Origin: Candidatus Marinacidobacterales bacterium
GTDB lineage: Bacteria > Acidobacteriota > Vicinamibacteria > Marinacidobacterales > SMYC01
Direction: 5' to 3'
DNA: 64,000 nt
Assembly: GCA_965237955.1 (NCBI GenBank)
Contig: OZ250169.1
Coordinates: 3,456,001 to 3,520,000 of the forward strand
Part shown: in pieces, positions 1 through 12,001 of the stretch
Layout of the letters: every line of letters starts with the position of its first letter
How positions within the stretch are numbered: the stretch's first letter is position 1
The notes under the pieces: generated by a model
Told to the model about the DNA's origin: nothing
What the model saw: the letters and a program-made list of their open reading frames with translations, nothing else
Databases searched by the model: none
Made by a program: the position numbers and the translations under genes

Positions 1-1
1 T

Positions 2-205
2 GCGTCCGATCGGTTCGGCGCGTACATTGCCGTTGGTCTCACGATGCTCCTCGTGGGGCAGGCCCTGATCAACATGGGCGTCACCCTCGGCATTTTGCCG
101 ACGACCGGGCTCCCGCTTCCGTTCATTTCCTCCGGTGGCAGCTCGCTGGTCACGAGCATGGCCGCGGTCGGACTTCTCCTGTCGGTGTCGCAGCATGCGA
201 GGTAA
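2..205 (+). CDS. ftsW: Cell division protein FtsW, C-terminal fragment (cut by window edge)
   Basis: Frame from 2 reads ...QALINMGVTLGILPTTGLPLPFISSGGSSL...QHAR*, the SEDS C-terminal motif; directly upstream of murG. Confidence 0.92.
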   Translation, partial: ASDRFGAYIAVGLTMLLVGQALINMGVTLGILPTTGLPLPFISSGGSSLVTSMAAVGLLLSVSQHAR

Positions 206-1301
206 CCACTTGCTCGTCGCCGCAGGAGGCACTGGGGGACACTTGTATCCCGCGCTCGCCGTGGCGGAGCGGTTCCGAGAGCTCGTCGAAAAACCTCAGG
301 TGACGTTCGTCGGCACCGAGAGAGGCCTCGAGTCGCGCATCGTCACCAAGGCCGGCTTTCCTCTGGAGTTTGTGCGCGCGGCACCGCTTCGCGGGGGCTC
401 ACTCCTGGGAAAGCTCAAAGGGCTTTTGGGGCTCGTTACCGGGATGCGTGACTCCTTCAAACTCTTGAAGCGTCTCAAGCCGAGCGTCGTCATGGGAGTC
501 GGTGCCTACGTTTCCGGGACGGTGCTGCTCGCGGCGGCGCTCCGCGGAACACCCACGCTCATTCTCGAGCCGAACGCCGAGCCCGGCCTCGCCAACAAAT
601 GGCTCGCGCCCTTCGTCGATGAAGCCGCCTGTGCGTGGGAAGAGACGACGCGCTACTTCGGTGACAAGAGTGTGGTGACGGGAAACCCCGTGCGCCAGTC
701 GATCTTCGACGTGCCGCCGCTAGCCGAGCAAGGCTCGACGATGCGCGTGCTCGTGTTCGGAGGGAGCCAAGGCTCTAAAGTGTTGAACGACGCGCTCACC
801 GCGAGCTTGCCGCTTCTGGCTTCGGTGAGCGGGCGGATCGAGTTGACGCATCAGGCCGGGCCTGATCATGTCGATGAAGTAAGAAGTGCGTACGCGGGAC
901 AGGCGATCCAGGCGCGGGTGACGGCTTATATCGACGACATGGCCGAGGCCTACGCGTGGAGCGATCTCGTGCTCGCGCGCGCGGGCGCGACGACGTGCGC
1001 CGAGCTCGCCGCGTGTGGACGGCCATCGCTTCTCGTGCCTCTACATCTCGCCGGCGGACACCAGGAGGCAAATGCAGAAATGCTGGCACGGGCCGGTGCC
1101 GCGCGATGGATTCGTCAAAGCGAGCTGACCCCGGACGAGCTTTCCTCGCAGTTGATGCGCTTGCTCGACGCGCCCCGTGAGCGTGAAACGATGGCGGTCA
1201 ACGCGCGCTCGCACGCACGACCGGAAGCGACCGGTGCGGTCGCGGAGCGCCTCGTTCATCTAGGGCGTCTCGGGCGTCGCGGGCGGGGAAGGGCGGCGTG
1301 A
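195..1301 (+). CDS. murG: MurG N-acetylglucosaminyl transferase
   Basis: [20 protein letters not shown] motifs; ATG at 195 overlaps ftsW end. Confidence 0.96.
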   Translation: MRGNHLLVAAGGTGGHLYPALAVAERFRELVEKPQVTFVGTERGLESRIVTKAGFPLEFVRAAPLRGGSLLGKLKGLLGLVTGMRDSFKLLKRLKPSVVMGVGAYVSGTVLLAAALRGTPTLILEPNAEPGLANKWLAPFVDEAACAWEETTRYFGDKSVVTGNPVRQSIFDVPPLAEQGSTMRVLVFGGSQGSKVLNDALTASLPLLASVSGRIELTHQAGPDHVDEVRSAYAGQAIQARVTAYIDDMAEAYAWSDLVLARAGATTCAELAACGRPSLLVPLHLAGGHQEANAEMLARAGAARWIRQSELTPDELSSQLMRLLDAPRERETMAVNARSHARPEATGAVAERLVHLGRLGRRGRGRAA

Positions 1302-2686
1302 GTGCTCCTCTGTTCTCGAAAAAGACACGAGTGCACTTCGTGGGAATAGGTGGCATCGGCATGAGCGGCATCGCCGAAGTGCTCTTGAACCTCGGCTATC
1401 CCGTGAGCGGGAGTGATTTGAAGGCCACGGCGACGACCAAGCGGCTACGCGAGTTCGGCGGCAACTTATTTCTAGGGCACAAAGTCGATCACGTGAAAGA
1501 CGCCGACGTCGTCGTCATCTCTTCCGCGGTGCGCGACGACAACCCCGAAGTCGTGGAAGCGATACGGCTTCAGGTACCCATCATCCCTCGAGCGGAAATG
1601 CTCGCGGAGCTCATGCGGCTCAAATACGGCATCGCGGTCGCCGGATCGCACGGCAAGACGACAACGACGTCGATGATCGCGGTGCTTCTCGACCGAGCGG
1701 GTCTCGATCCGACGATGGTGATTGGGGGTCGGATCGCCGCTCTCGGCGGTAACGCCAAGCTCGGTAGCTCCGATCTCATGGTCGTGGAGGCGGACGAGTC
1801 CGACCGGAGTTTCTTGCAACTCTCACCCGTGCTCGCGGTCGTGACCGGCATCGATCGAGAGCACATGGAAGCGTATCGCGACATGGAAGACCTCGAGAAC
1901 GCCTTCGTCGACTTCGTCAACAAAGTACCGTTTTACGGCGCGTCGGTGCTGTGCCTCGACGAGGAGCGGGTGCAGGACATCCTGCCCCGGGTACGGCGCC
2001 GTCACGTCACCTACGGCTTCTCCCCTCAGGCCGCGATCTCCGCGGAGGACGTGCGCCTCGAAGGCTCGAGCTCGCGGTTTCAGTTGAAGATTGCCGGGGA
2101 GTCCGCGGGCGAGGTCAAGCTTCGTATTCCCGGACGGGTGAGTGTTCTCAATAGCCTCGCAGCCATTGGCATCGGCCGCGAGCTCGGGCTCTCTTTCGAC
2201 GAGATCCGCTCAGGGCTCGAATCGTTCTCGGGTGTCGACCGGCGTTTTCAAGTCAAAGCGGACGCTGGCGGTGTTCTCGTCGTCGACGATTACGGCCACC
2301 ACCCGACCGAGATCCGCGCGACGCTGGCGACGGCAAAAGATGCGTTTGGACGCCGTACCGTCGTCGTCTTCCAACCTCACCGGTACTCTCGCGTCGCGTC
2401 GCTGTTCGAAGAGTTCTGTCGTGCCTTTCATCAGGCAGACGTGCTCGTCGTCACCGAGATTTATCCGGCGGGAGAGGATCCTGTGCCTGGTGTGAGCGGG
2501 GAGAAGTTGGCGGAGGGCATCAAAGGACACGGGCATCGCCAGGTGCGCTTCGTCGCCGAGCTCGACGACGTGCCGGGCTCGCTCGAAAGTGACCTCGAAG
2601 ACGGTGACCTCGTGATTACGCTCGGCGCGGGAAGTGTGACCACGCTTTCCGACAAGCTGGCGGAGGTGGCTCGTGGGCGGGCTTAA
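1298..2686 (+). CDS. murC: UDP-N-acetylmuramate--L-alanine ligase
   Basis: [33 protein letters not shown] motifs. Confidence 0.97.
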   Translation: MSAPLFSKKTRVHFVGIGGIGMSGIAEVLLNLGYPVSGSDLKATATTKRLREFGGNLFLGHKVDHVKDADVVVISSAVRDDNPEVVEAIRLQVPIIPRAEMLAELMRLKYGIAVAGSHGKTTTTSMIAVLLDRAGLDPTMVIGGRIAALGGNAKLGSSDLMVVEADESDRSFLQLSPVLAVVTGIDREHMEAYRDMEDLENAFVDFVNKVPFYGASVLCLDEERVQDILPRVRRRHVTYGFSPQAAISAEDVRLEGSSSRFQLKIAGESAGEVKLRIPGRVSVLNSLAAIGIGRELGLSFDEIRSGLESFSGVDRRFQVKADAGGVLVVDDYGHHPTEIRATLATAKDAFGRRTVVVFQPHRYSRVASLFEEFCRAFHQADVLVVTEIYPAGEDPVPGVSGEKLAEGIKGHGHRQVRFVAELDDVPGSLESDLEDGDLVITLGAGSVTTLSDKLAEVARGRA

Positions 2687-3581
2687 GCAGGACGCGTTTG
2701 CGCGCGAGCTCGAGCGAGCAGGCATCACCTTCGAGCGCGAAGCGCCCCTGTCTCGCTACACCACGATCGGCCTCGGAGGTCCGGCGGAGTTTCTCGTGCG
2801 ACCTCGGACCGCGGACGAAATCCACACCGTGTTGAAGCTCGCGACCATAGGCGGGCTTCCGGTCAAAGTGCTCGGCGCGGGTAGCAACTTGCTCGTGAGC
2901 GATGCCGGGGTGCGCGGTGTCGTGCTCTCGACGGCCGCGCTCGACCACGTTCGGTACGACGAAGGTGGAATCGTCGACGCCGGTGCGGGATGTCATTTCC
3001 CTGCGCTCGTGCGCCAAACCGCATCGCGAGGTCTGCGAGGGCTCGAGGCCGGTGTCGGCATCCCCGGCTCACTCGGTGGGGTGTTGACGATGAACGCCGG
3101 CGCCTATCAGTTCGCAATCGGCGCGCTCGTCGAGGAAGCCGTTGCGGTGTCGATCGAGCGTGGAAAAGTGCTGATGCCGCGCGAAGCGATCGACTTTCGC
3201 TATCGTGCATCGTCTTTCGGTCGCGGGCTCATCGTCTCCGGGGCTCGACTCGCTTTGACGCCCGACGAGCCTCGCGCGATCAAAGCCGACATGGACGAGC
3301 ACATGCGCTACCGGAAAGAGACGCAGCCGGTCGGCGTCAAGAGCGCCGGGTGCATCTTCAAGAATCCCGAAGGCGGCTCGGCGGGCAAGCTTCTCGAGGA
3401 GCTCGGGCTCAAAGGATTCAGCGTCGGTGGCGCGCGGATCTCGCAGGTGCACGCGAACTTCATCGTACACGACGGCGGGGCGAACGCCGAGGATGTAATA
3501 GGGCTCATCGACGCCGTCCGCGAGCGCGTTCATCAGAAGACCGCGATCGAGCTCGAACCGGAGGTGATGACGTGGAGTTGA
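2673..3581 (+). CDS. murB: UDP-N-acetylenolpyruvoylglucosamine reductase
   Basis: [38 protein letters not shown] motifs. Confidence 0.96.
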   Translation: MGGLKQDAFARELERAGITFEREAPLSRYTTIGLGGPAEFLVRPRTADEIHTVLKLATIGGLPVKVLGAGSNLLVSDAGVRGVVLSTAALDHVRYDEGGIVDAGAGCHFPALVRQTASRGLRGLEAGVGIPGSLGGVLTMNAGAYQFAIGALVEEAVAVSIERGKVLMPREAIDFRYRASSFGRGLIVSGARLALTPDEPRAIKADMDEHMRYRKETQPVGVKSAGCIFKNPEGGSAGKLLEELGLKGFSVGGARISQVHANFIVHDGGANAEDVIGLIDAVRERVHQKTAIELEPEVMTWS

Positions 3582-4462
3582 AGACTCCCGGGTCGTCGAA
3601 GACGGACGCCCCCCCGCCTCCGGAGCGGTTCCTGCGCGGCCGGCAAAAACGAAACCGACCCACCCGCCGCATCGGGAAGCTTCTACTCAAGAGTGTCGCG
3701 CTCGTTCTCGCGCTGGTCTCACTCGTGGCGGCGGTCGTTATGACCGTCACCGTGGCCGGCCGCGCGCCCGAGCTCGCGGTGCACCGTGTGCTCGTCGAAG
3801 GTAACGTGCAGTTGTCGGACGGCGAGATCTTGGAGCTTCTCGAGTTTTCCGAGCGCGCCAACATCTTGATGCTCGACCTCGAGGAAGTGCGGGCGAAGCT
3901 CTTGCGATCGGCATGGGTTGCCGAGGTCGAGATCGAGCGGGTCTTGCCCGCGACGCTCAAGCTCGTGATCCGCGAGCGTCAACCGGTTGCCGTCGCTGTT
4001 CTCGACGAGTTGTACCTGTTGGCATCCGACGGGACGATGCTCGATCAGCTATCGCCGCGCTACGACATCGAAAAGCTCGTCCTCGCACGCGGGCTCCGGG
4101 ACGGCGATGGACTCGTTCCCGAGCGAGCGGCACTCGCGGGGCGTTTGTCCGCCGAGCTCTTCCGCGACCAGCGACTCGCGGGTCTCGTCTCCGAGCTCGA
4201 CGTCAGCGAAGGCCGAGACTCGGTGCTGTTGCGGCTGCGAGCTCCCGCGGTCACCGCGCTCGTCCACGGCGACAGCATGATCGAGCGTCTGACGGAAGTG
4301 GTTCCACTACTCGTTGGCATCCAGAAGCAGTACGCCGAGCTGGATGTCGTCGATCTGCGGTTCGAAGGAAGGACCTATCTGCGGCTTAGGGGAAAACCAG
4401 GGTCCAGGTTGGGCGGGAAGTATACCCAAGCCGCGTTCGCCTCTGGAGGTGCACCATTCTGA
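3578..4462 (+). CDS. ftsQ: Cell division protein FtsQ/DivIB
   Basis: TTG start overlapping murB stop; basic tail, one TM helix, POTRA-like region, C-terminal VDLRF; lies between murB and ftsA. Confidence 0.88.
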   Translation: MKTPGSSKTDAPPPPERFLRGRQKRNRPTRRIGKLLLKSVALVLALVSLVAAVVMTVTVAGRAPELAVHRVLVEGNVQLSDGEILELLEFSERANILMLDLEEVRAKLLRSAWVAEVEIERVLPATLKLVIRERQPVAVAVLDELYLLASDGTMLDQLSPRYDIEKLVLARGLRDGDGLVPERAALAGRLSAELFRDQRLAGLVSELDVSEGRDSVLLRLRAPAVTALVHGDSMIERLTEVVPLLVGIQKQYAELDVVDLRFEGRTYLRLRGKPGSRLGGKYTQAAFASGGAPF

Positions 4463-5703
4463 GCAAGAAGGACAAATACATCGTTGGTCTCGATATCGGC
4501 ACGACCAAAGTCACCGCAATCGTTGCCGAAGTCACCGAAGAAGGCCGCATCGATATCATCGGTATCGGCTCGGCAGAGTCCAAAGGCCTGCGCAAAGGGA
4601 TGGTGATCAACCTCGAGCAGACCGTGGACTCGATCAAGCGCGTCGTCGAAGAGGCCGAGCTCATGGCCGGAGTCGAGATCGAGCACGCGCACGTCGGGCT
4701 CGCCGGAAGCCATATCAAAGGCTTCAACTCGCGTGCGGTCGTCGCCATCACCAACAAGAACCGTGAGATCGCGCGCGAGGACGTTTTTCGTGCAATCGAT
4801 GCCGCGAAAGCGATCTCGCTTCCGAACGATCGCGAGATCGTTCACGTGATCCCTCAGGAGTTCGTTGTGGACGGGCACGACGGCATCCATGACCCGACCG
4901 GGATGACGGGCTCGCGGCTCGAGGCGAACGTTCACATCATCACATCCGGAACGACCGCAACGCAGAACATCGTGACGTGCGTGAACCGTGCCGGCATGGA
5001 AGTGACCGAGACCGTGCTCGAGCATCTCGCCGCCGCCGAAGCGGTGTTGACCCCGGACGAGAAAGAGCTCGGCGTTGCGCTCGTCGACATCGGCGGTGGC
5101 ACTACCGACCTCGCGATATTCGACAAGGGGACGATCTGGCACACGGCCGTCCTTCCGACCGGAGGCGATCACTTCACCAATGATGTCGCCGTGGGATTGC
5201 GGACTCCGATAATAGAAGCGGAAAAAATCAAGAAGAAGTACGGATGCTGCCTGGCGACCATGGTCTCCGAGGAAGACACCATCGAAGTACCGAGCGTCGG
5301 TGGACGCAAGGCTCGCATTCTCTCGCGCCAGTTGCTTTCGGACATTCTCCAGCCGCGGGCCGAGGAAGTTTGCCATCTCGTCTACGAAGAAGTGCAGAGA
5401 GCGGGCTACGAGCGCGTGCTGAACTCGGGGGTCGTCTTCACCGGCGGCAGCGCGGCGCTCGAAGGGCTGGCCGAAGTCGCCGATCGCATCTTCGACATGC
5501 CGATCCGCTGCGGCACGCCGAGCGGAGTCGGCGGACTGGTCGACGTCGTGGCCAACCCGTCTTACGCGACCGCCGTGGGGCTCGTGCTCTACGCCCATCG
5601 CATTCGATCCAACAAGCTCATCCCGAGCGGTTCCTCAGGATCGTGGTGGAAGTTCTGGGAACGGTTTCGCCGATTGGTGAACGTTTCCTTTTTGGGAGGG
5701 TGA
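4459..5703 (+). CDS. ftsA: Cell division protein FtsA (apparent CTG start)
   Basis: Frame reads [17 protein letters not shown] from 4459; also VDIGGGTTD and TGGSA; GGAGG RBS at 4445. Confidence 0.95.
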   Translation: MSKKDKYIVGLDIGTTKVTAIVAEVTEEGRIDIIGIGSAESKGLRKGMVINLEQTVDSIKRVVEEAELMAGVEIEHAHVGLAGSHIKGFNSRAVVAITNKNREIAREDVFRAIDAAKAISLPNDREIVHVIPQEFVVDGHDGIHDPTGMTGSRLEANVHIITSGTTATQNIVTCVNRAGMEVTETVLEHLAAAEAVLTPDEKELGVALVDIGGGTTDLAIFDKGTIWHTAVLPTGGDHFTNDVAVGLRTPIIEAEKIKKKYGCCLATMVSEEDTIEVPSVGGRKARILSRQLLSDILQPRAEEVCHLVYEEVQRAGYERVLNSGVVFTGGSAALEGLAEVADRIFDMPIRCGTPSGVGGLVDVVANPSYATAVGLVLYAHRIRSNKLIPSGSSGSWWKFWERFRRLVNVSFLGG

Positions 5704-5746
5704 AGCGTTGCAAAGCCAAGGCGCAAAAAAGGGGAGGGTAAAGCGG

Positions 5747-6946
5747 ATGATTCGTTTCGAAGAGGACAACCCCGCTCACGATTCAGGCCGGTTGTCTTTT
5801 GATGATGGCACCGTGACCGGGGCCCGCATCAAAGTCATCGGAGTAGGTGGTGGTGGCGGCAACGCCGTGAATCGCATGATTGCGTCACGGATTGCCGGCG
5901 TCGAGTTCCTGGCGGCGAATACCGACCAGCAAGCGCTCAAAACGAGCCTGGCACCGGAGAAGATCACTCTCGGCGCCAAGCTCACCAAGGGCCTCGGTTG
6001 TGGCGCCGACCCAGAGATCGGGCGGCAGGCGGCACTCGAGGATACCGAGAACATTCTCGAGGCGATCGAAGGCGCCGATATGGTGTTCATCACCGCGGGT
6101 CTCGGAGGTGGCACCGGCACGGGAGGCGCTCCCATTGTCGCGTCGCTCGCGAGCGAGCTCGGTGCGCTCACCGTGGCGGTGGTGACGAAGCCGTTCACGT
6201 TCGAAGGGCGCCACCGTCAGATCCAGGCGCAAGAAGGTGTGCGCGAGCTTCGAGATCAAGTTGATACGCTCATCTCGATCCCGAACGACCGGCTCCTTCA
6301 AACCGTCGAGCGCACGACCTCCTTGTCCGAAGCGTTCTCCACCGCGGACGACGTGCTCCGGCAGGCCGTGCAAGGCATCTCCGATCTCATCATCGTGCCC
6401 GGACTCATCAACCTGGATTTCGCCGACGTCCGCACCATCATGCGCGGCATGGGCGACGCCGTCATGGGAACCGGGATCGCCGAAGGCGACAAGCGCGCCG
6501 AGGACGCCGCCAAGATGGCGATCTCGAGCCCGCTCCTCGAAGACGCCTCCGTGGACGGCGCGAAAGGCGTCATCATCAATATTACCGGTGGCGAAGACAT
6601 GGGGCTTCTCGAAGTGAACGACGCATCGTCGATCATCCATGACGCCGCCGACGAAGATGCCCACATTATTTTCGGCGCGGTCGTCGACCCGAAGATGGCG
6701 GGCAAGATGAAAGTCACCGTCATCGCCACCGGATTCAACCGGGCGGAGAGCCCGGGCCGGCGGCGGGCGGTCACACCGGTCGACATCTCCAACTACACAC
6801 AGCCGAAGGCGATGGCGGTGGGCTCCGAGGAGTATTACAGAAAAGGCGCGGACAACCTCGCCGCCGATCTCGATTTCGGCACCGTCGAGACCGAAGACGG
6901 CGAAGATCTGGACGTGCCGGCGTTCATGAGACGAGGGAAATCTTAG
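5747..6946 (+). CDS. ftsZ: Cell division protein FtsZ
   Basis: [18 protein letters not shown] tubulin signature, C-terminal LDVPAFMRR. Confidence 0.98.
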   Translation: MIRFEEDNPAHDSGRLSFDDGTVTGARIKVIGVGGGGGNAVNRMIASRIAGVEFLAANTDQQALKTSLAPEKITLGAKLTKGLGCGADPEIGRQAALEDTENILEAIEGADMVFITAGLGGGTGTGGAPIVASLASELGALTVAVVTKPFTFEGRHRQIQAQEGVRELRDQVDTLISIPNDRLLQTVERTTSLSEAFSTADDVLRQAVQGISDLIIVPGLINLDFADVRTIMRGMGDAVMGTGIAEGDKRAEDAAKMAISSPLLEDASVDGAKGVIINITGGEDMGLLEVNDASSIIHDAADEDAHIIFGAVVDPKMAGKMKVTVIATGFNRAESPGRRRAVTPVDISNYTQPKAMAVGSEEYYRKGADNLAADLDFGTVETEDGEDLDVPAFMRRGKS

Positions 6947-6987
6947 AGAGTTAGCGGATACCTATCACAGCAGCCAGCGTCCTAGCT

Positions 6988-7033
6988 GGTCGGTCGGGGT
7001 CGCCCTCCCTTCCACCCTTTTCCCCGACCGACC
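6988..7033 (+). terminator. GC-rich hairpin after ftsZ
   Basis: GGTCGGTCGGGG...CCCCGACCGACC 12-bp stem with a CU-rich loop; no U-tract. Confidence 0.45.
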
Positions 7034-7052
7034 GGGGGCGGGAGCGCTCTTA

Positions 7053-8880
7053 GGGCCGGCGACAAAATAAGTTCCCGTTTTCAAGACGGCCGGATGGTGT
7101 AGTTCCATTTGGGTAGAGTCTGGTCCTTTGTAACGGAAAGCGCCTGCATCCGCTCGTCAGTGATTTTGACGCCCTTCGGATAACGACGCCGGATAAGGTG
7201 TGCGCGTACTCGCAAACCGGAAGAGGTGGTGGTCGTGCGGATGTATTTGAGGATGGTTTCGTAGCTGTCGAGAGGCCTGCCCGCCCAGTTCTTGCTGATC
7301 TCGCTGAACAGACGGTGCTCCACTGGATTCCACTTGGATGTACCGGACGGATAGTGGGCTATGGTGATAGCGATGTCGTGGCGATTGCAAATCCGCGTTT
7401 GAAGCCCGTGCTTCCAACCCCGACACCGATAGCCATTGCTGCCCCCGGCGTCTGCCAATATCGCGAGGTCACGGGCTGCAGGATAGCGTCGCCGTCCTTC
7501 CGTTCGCCACCACTTCTCGATGGCATTCACGGCGAAGTCCGGGGTGTTGTACGACGAGAGTCGGCTCGCGGTTCCAGGCCTGCCCGCCGTTTTTGAATAA
7601 TCCCACCAGCTCCCGTTTCTTCGTGTCTACGCTGATGATGGGATGACCAGCTGCGGCAAAACGCTCGCGCAGTTCGGCGATACACGCGAATTGGGTATCG
7701 CGATCTTCGGACGTGGCACCGCACAGCTTCTTGTGGTTCACCCGCAACGAGAAGCCGAGCTGTTTGAGCAGTCGACCGACGGTTTTGCTGCTGACGTTCA
7801 CACCGAGGCTTCTTAGCTCGCAAGCAATCTTGTCGGTGGTCCGCCGCGTCCATTTCACTCCCGTCATCGGATCGCCCGCGGTGTCGTGCTTCATGAGTTC
7901 TTCGATCTTGGCGATGACTTCTGGCGTTTTTTTTGCACGGCGCGCCGTCCGCCACCCTTTCGCCGAACTCCGTCGAGCTCAACATCTCTCATTAGCAATT
8001 CCCTACGACCTCTGGCTACCGTGCTCGGATCCATCCCGAGCAGTTCGGCAATCTGTTGGTCGCCACCGTGACCGAGCTTCATGGCCTCGACTCCCGCGTA
8101 GAGACGGCGCTGCTTTTCATCGAGCAGGCTGTAGAAAAGAACGATCGCAGCCTTCAACTCCACGGGGAGCACGCGGACTCCCCCGACCCAGCCCAACGTG
8201 GAAGGTGACGCCTCATGTACCTGGCGGGCCGAGAGCTGTTGCTTGCGCGTGCTCACATCGGTGGCCAGATACAGATATCGGCCGAACACCTGCTCGCGCG
8301 CCAATCTTTTCTCTCGGACCAGTTTCAACAGAGGAGCCTTGACGTCAACCTGCACCACGTCCTCGAGCTCGTCGACGTAGTAGCCTGCCTCACAGGCCGC
8401 GACCAACGCTTTTACCGTCGCAAGCAACGTCCCGTACTTCGAGAACCACACTGAGCGCAACGACCAAAGACCTTTTCGATCGAACTGGGCGATCTCGTCC
8501 AACGTGTAGTAGCTACCACGGTGGGAGTAGCTTGTCCGATACGCCAACTCATTGAGCTTTCGGAAGACGGTCGAGTCCACATCGGTACCCAACACTGCCT
8601 TCAAATCATCGAGGGTAGCTATTTTGTGCTTCCTCAACAGGCGGTCGAGATCTTCAGACTGATAGCTCGTAGGTCTCATAATAGGAGAAGTGCTCCTTGA
8701 TAGGCGTAATCCTCCCTGAAATGAGGACCGTTTGTCAAACACGCGCTGGTTGCTGAAGATCTACAAATGTTCCGTTTCTAGGGAGCTTGCCAGGCTCTCG
8801 TGATGCCAGACGACATCGCGATCACGACCTGAAACAGGAAGAGTGTGCTCAAAACTAGACAGTTATTTTGTCGGCGGCCC
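7053..8880 (-). mobile_element. ISAzo13-family insertion sequence
   Basis: 18-bp terminal inverted repeats GGGCCGGCGACAAAATAA / TTATTTTGTCGGCGGCCC (1 mismatch), TTA duplicated on both sides; ISAzo13 transposase motifs inside. Confidence 0.88.
7081..8679 (-). pseudogene. ISAzo13 transposase; A8 frameshift site at 7927-7934 and an internal deletion/frameshift near 7550
   Basis: DTAGDPMTGVKWT, ISVDTKKRELVG, ADAGGSNG, TSKWNPVEHRLFS, WNYTI split over three frames. Confidence 0.85.
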
Positions 8881-9061
8881 TTAGGTCCAATTGTTCGCGC
8901 TCGAGGCCTGCAACAATGGCGAAGGTTGCCCATGAACGATGAGAGCTCTTCCAGGCTGACGGTTCGACAGCGAACGCACGCCATGTTGGCGGCGCTGGCG
9001 AAAAAGTCCGTTAAGCGCGAAGATGCCAAGCTACGCTGCGCCAGATCCCGCGACGGCAAAC

Positions 9062-9180
9062 GACATCTGGCTGTTGTCCGCGGAGAACGAAAGTGATCCC
9101 CGGGTGTTCGTTCGGTCATCATTCGACGAAAGCACGCCCAGGTTTCTCCCGATGGCCGGTGGCTCGCCTATACCTCGGTT
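9062..9180 (+). pseudogene. Fragment of a PD40/TolB-like beta-propeller
   Basis: Reads DIWLL...PRVFVRSSFDE...(frameshift)SPDGRWLAYTS; no start or end. Confidence 0.55.
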
Positions 9181-9254
9181 GACCGCCGGCGTGCGATGAC
9201 CGCTCGGCGTCGGCCCGCCGTCGACGAGCCCGCGCATGAACTCGCGCAGTCGCG

Positions 9255-9512
9255 TCATGCCGAAAGCACCGTGCTCGAGCTCATAATAATGTAGTCGGCC
9301 CAGGTTTGGGCGAGCTTTTTGCCCTCTTCATAGCCGCCACGGCTCGTGATGAGAACCAATGGCAGCCACAAGACGAACCAGAGTGGCGACATGAAGAAGT
9401 ACGGACCACCATCGACGTCACGAAGGACGAACGAGAGCACCGCCGCGTGCGCGGCGAGTGGGATCAGAATGCCTGCGGCCAAAAGAGCCCATGCAGTAGG
9501 ATCGGCGTTCAT
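9255..9512 (-). CDS. Small hypothetical membrane protein
   Basis: 85 aa with two hydrophobic segments; no recognised family. Confidence 0.35.
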   Translation of the reverse strand: MNADPTAWALLAAGILIPLAAHAAVLSFVLRDVDGGPYFFMSPLWFVLWLPLVLITSRGGYEEGKKLAQTWADYIIMSSSTVLSA

Positions 9513-9541
9513 GTTTCTATTGTAAAGGTGAGGTGGAATTC

Positions 9542-11264
9542 ATGAAGAGGCTTGTGGTGTTCTGCGGATTCGCGCTCGTCGTTCCGCTATCGGTGGCTGC
9601 TCAAGGTGTTCGGTTTGCGGTGAGTTTTTCGGAAGAGCGGAACGCCGAGCCGGATAATCTCGATGGCCGGCTTCTCCTCATGATCTCGAACGATCCCAGT
9701 CAGGAGCCGCGGTTTCAGATTTCCGACGGTCTGACGACTCAGTTGATTTTCGGCATCGATGTCGACGGACTAGCGCCGGGCGAAAATGCGATCTTCGACG
9801 GCAGCGTTCTCGGCTATCCCATCGACAGCTTGAATGACATCCCCCCGGGGCGGTATCGGGTGCAGGCGCTCTTACACAAGTACGAAACGTTTCATCGTGC
9901 TGACGGTTACGTGGTGAAGCTTCCGATGGATCGTGGGGAAGGCCAGCACTGGAACCGGGCACCGGGGAACCTCTACAGCGAGCCGGTCGAGGTCCGCATC
10001 GACGCGGAAAAGGACGAGACGATCGCGATCGTCATGGATCGTGCGATCCCGCCGATCGCGGATCCTCCTACGACGAAATACATCAAGCACGTGGAGATCC
10101 AAAGCAGGCTCCTGACGGAGTTCTGGGGCCGACCGATGCATTTAGGTGCTCACGTGCTCGTGCCGGAAGGCTTCGACGAGCACCCCGAGGCGCGCTACCC
10201 GCTCATGGTCTTCCACGGGCACTTCCCGTACACGTTCGGCGGTTGGCGCGAGGAGCCGCCCGATCCGGATTTGGAGTCCGAGTACAGCGCGCGCTTCGAT
10301 CTCGATGGATACAACCGGATCGTGCAAGAGCGAGCGCACAACTTCTACAAAGAATGGATCGGCCCCGACTATCCACGGGTGCTCGTCATCCAGATCCAGC
10401 ACGCCAATCCTTATTACGACGACTCCTACGCCGTGAACTCGGCTAACCTCGGACCGTATGGTGATGCCATAACCTACGAGCTCATCCCGCACATCGAGAA
10501 AGAGTTCCGCGGCATCGGTGAAGGTTGGGCGCGGTTTCTCTACGGCGGCTCGACGGGCGGGTGGGAAGCGCTCGGCGTGCAGGTGATGTATCCGGACGAT
10601 TACAACGGTTGCTTCGCTGCCTGTCCGGATCCCATCGACTTCCGCGCCTACACCGTTGTGAATCTCTACGAAGACAAGAATGCTTACTATCCCAAAAGCG
10701 ATTGGAAAAAAACGCCACGGCCGGGACGCAGGAACCATCTGGGTCACGTGAGCACGACGCTGGAGCAAATGAATCGGCGCGAGCTCGTTCTCGGCACGAA
10801 GAGCCGCTCGGGCCAGCAGTGGGATATCTGGGAGGCGGTGTACTTCACCCGTCGGGGCCGACGGTTATCCGATGCGGCTCTGGGACAAGCTCACCGGTGA
10901 GATCGACGAAGAAGTCGCCCAGCATTGGCGAGAGAACTACGACCTGTCGTACATCATGCAACGCGACTGGGCGACGCTCGGTCCGAAGCTCGAAGGCAAA
11001 GTCCACATCTACGTCGGTGACATGGACAACTACTATCTCAACAATGCCGTGTACCTCACCGAGGAGTTTCTCGAGAGCACGACGAACCCGTATTACGGCG
11101 GCGGCGTCGATTACGGCGACCGCCCCGAGCATTGCTAGAACGGCGACCAGACGCGGCCGAACGCGCTGTCGCGACTGCGGTACAACCAGATGTTCATCCC
11201 CATGGCGGTCGAGCGCATGGAGAAGAGCGCGCCGGAGGGAGCGGATCTGACGAGCTGGAGGTGA
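9542..11264 (+). pseudogene. Secreted alpha/beta-hydrolase (putative esterase) with a frameshift near 10845 and a nonsense codon at 11136
   Basis: Signal peptide, YDDSYAVNSAN, GGSTGG nucleophile elbow; continues in another frame (SPVGADGYP...GDMDNYYLN); EHC-TAG-NGD where Trp is expected. Confidence 0.8.
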
Positions 11265-11304
11265 CGAGTCGGCGGCAGGAATCGGATCGCAGGCGAAAGC
11301 GCGG

Positions 11305-11480
11305 TTAGTTGTCAATGGGAGCGAGGCGGTCGAGCTCCAGGGACCAATTGAGTGCGACGTGGAGCCGCGTCATGCTCGGGGAGCTCGTTCTATTCACGAC
11401 CATGGGGAACCGCCCGTCGGCGGCAAGGTCATACATCCCGTGGTCGGTGGATCCGACGATATACGGTCCCTCAAAGGTGC
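11305..11480 (-). pseudogene. C-terminal remnant of a PD40-type Ser/Thr kinase
   Basis: FEGPY...YDLAADGRF...LHVALNWSLELDRLAP* resembles the typical kinase/beta-propeller tail. Confidence 0.6.
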
Positions 11481-11669
11481 TTCCGCTATCAACTGTTGGT
11501 GCGTCGTCTTCATCCGTCTTGTTGAAGGTACTTATGGCTATTTCGGAACGCTAATGAAGTGGGTGTCGCCCAAATCGGTCGTAATCTATTGCACCGCAAA
11601 GCCTTACGTTCATTTCAGCAACACTCAATGACGTAAGCACCGCTGAACCGCGAATCGGAGACGATTGCC

Positions 11670-12001
11670 AGCCATCTCCTCGGCAACGGCGGACTTCACG
11701 TTGATCAGCCCCCGATAGCGTCCAGTTTCGCGCGAGTTCCTCGTCGGGTGGGTCTACGGGTAAAGGCGCGGGCGACGGCTTGGGCGAAGAGAGTCTATCC
11801 CGCCCATGGGCACCACTCCTTGCAGATTTTTTCAACGAAGGAGCTTAGCGGAGTTCGGCTTCAGGACGGAAGCGTGCCCGCGCGGCGGCAAGGGTGGAGT
11901 CCAAAGTCAACTTTGGCCGGATCTGGTGCGAAATCCTACTCAAAAGCTCGATACAGCAGGTCCTTAGAGTAGGTTTTCGCACGAAAGGGGCCTGTGGCCC
12001 C
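11670..12001 (-). mobile_element. Tn3-family relic: one terminal IR plus the start of the transposase (DUF4158-like)
   Basis: 39-bp GGGGCCACAGGCCCCTTTCGTGCGAAAACCTACTCTAAG (12001->11963) has the GGGG...GAAAA...TAAG Tn3 pattern; followed by DPPDEELARNWTLSGADQREVRRCRG. Confidence 0.72.

Noticed and set aside
2990-3577. Arg-rich N-terminal extension of ftsQ (likewise the extensions on murG, larB, dnaG, tsaD, vapC)
   Set aside because: Overlap upstream genes in another frame; downstream starts fit the families better
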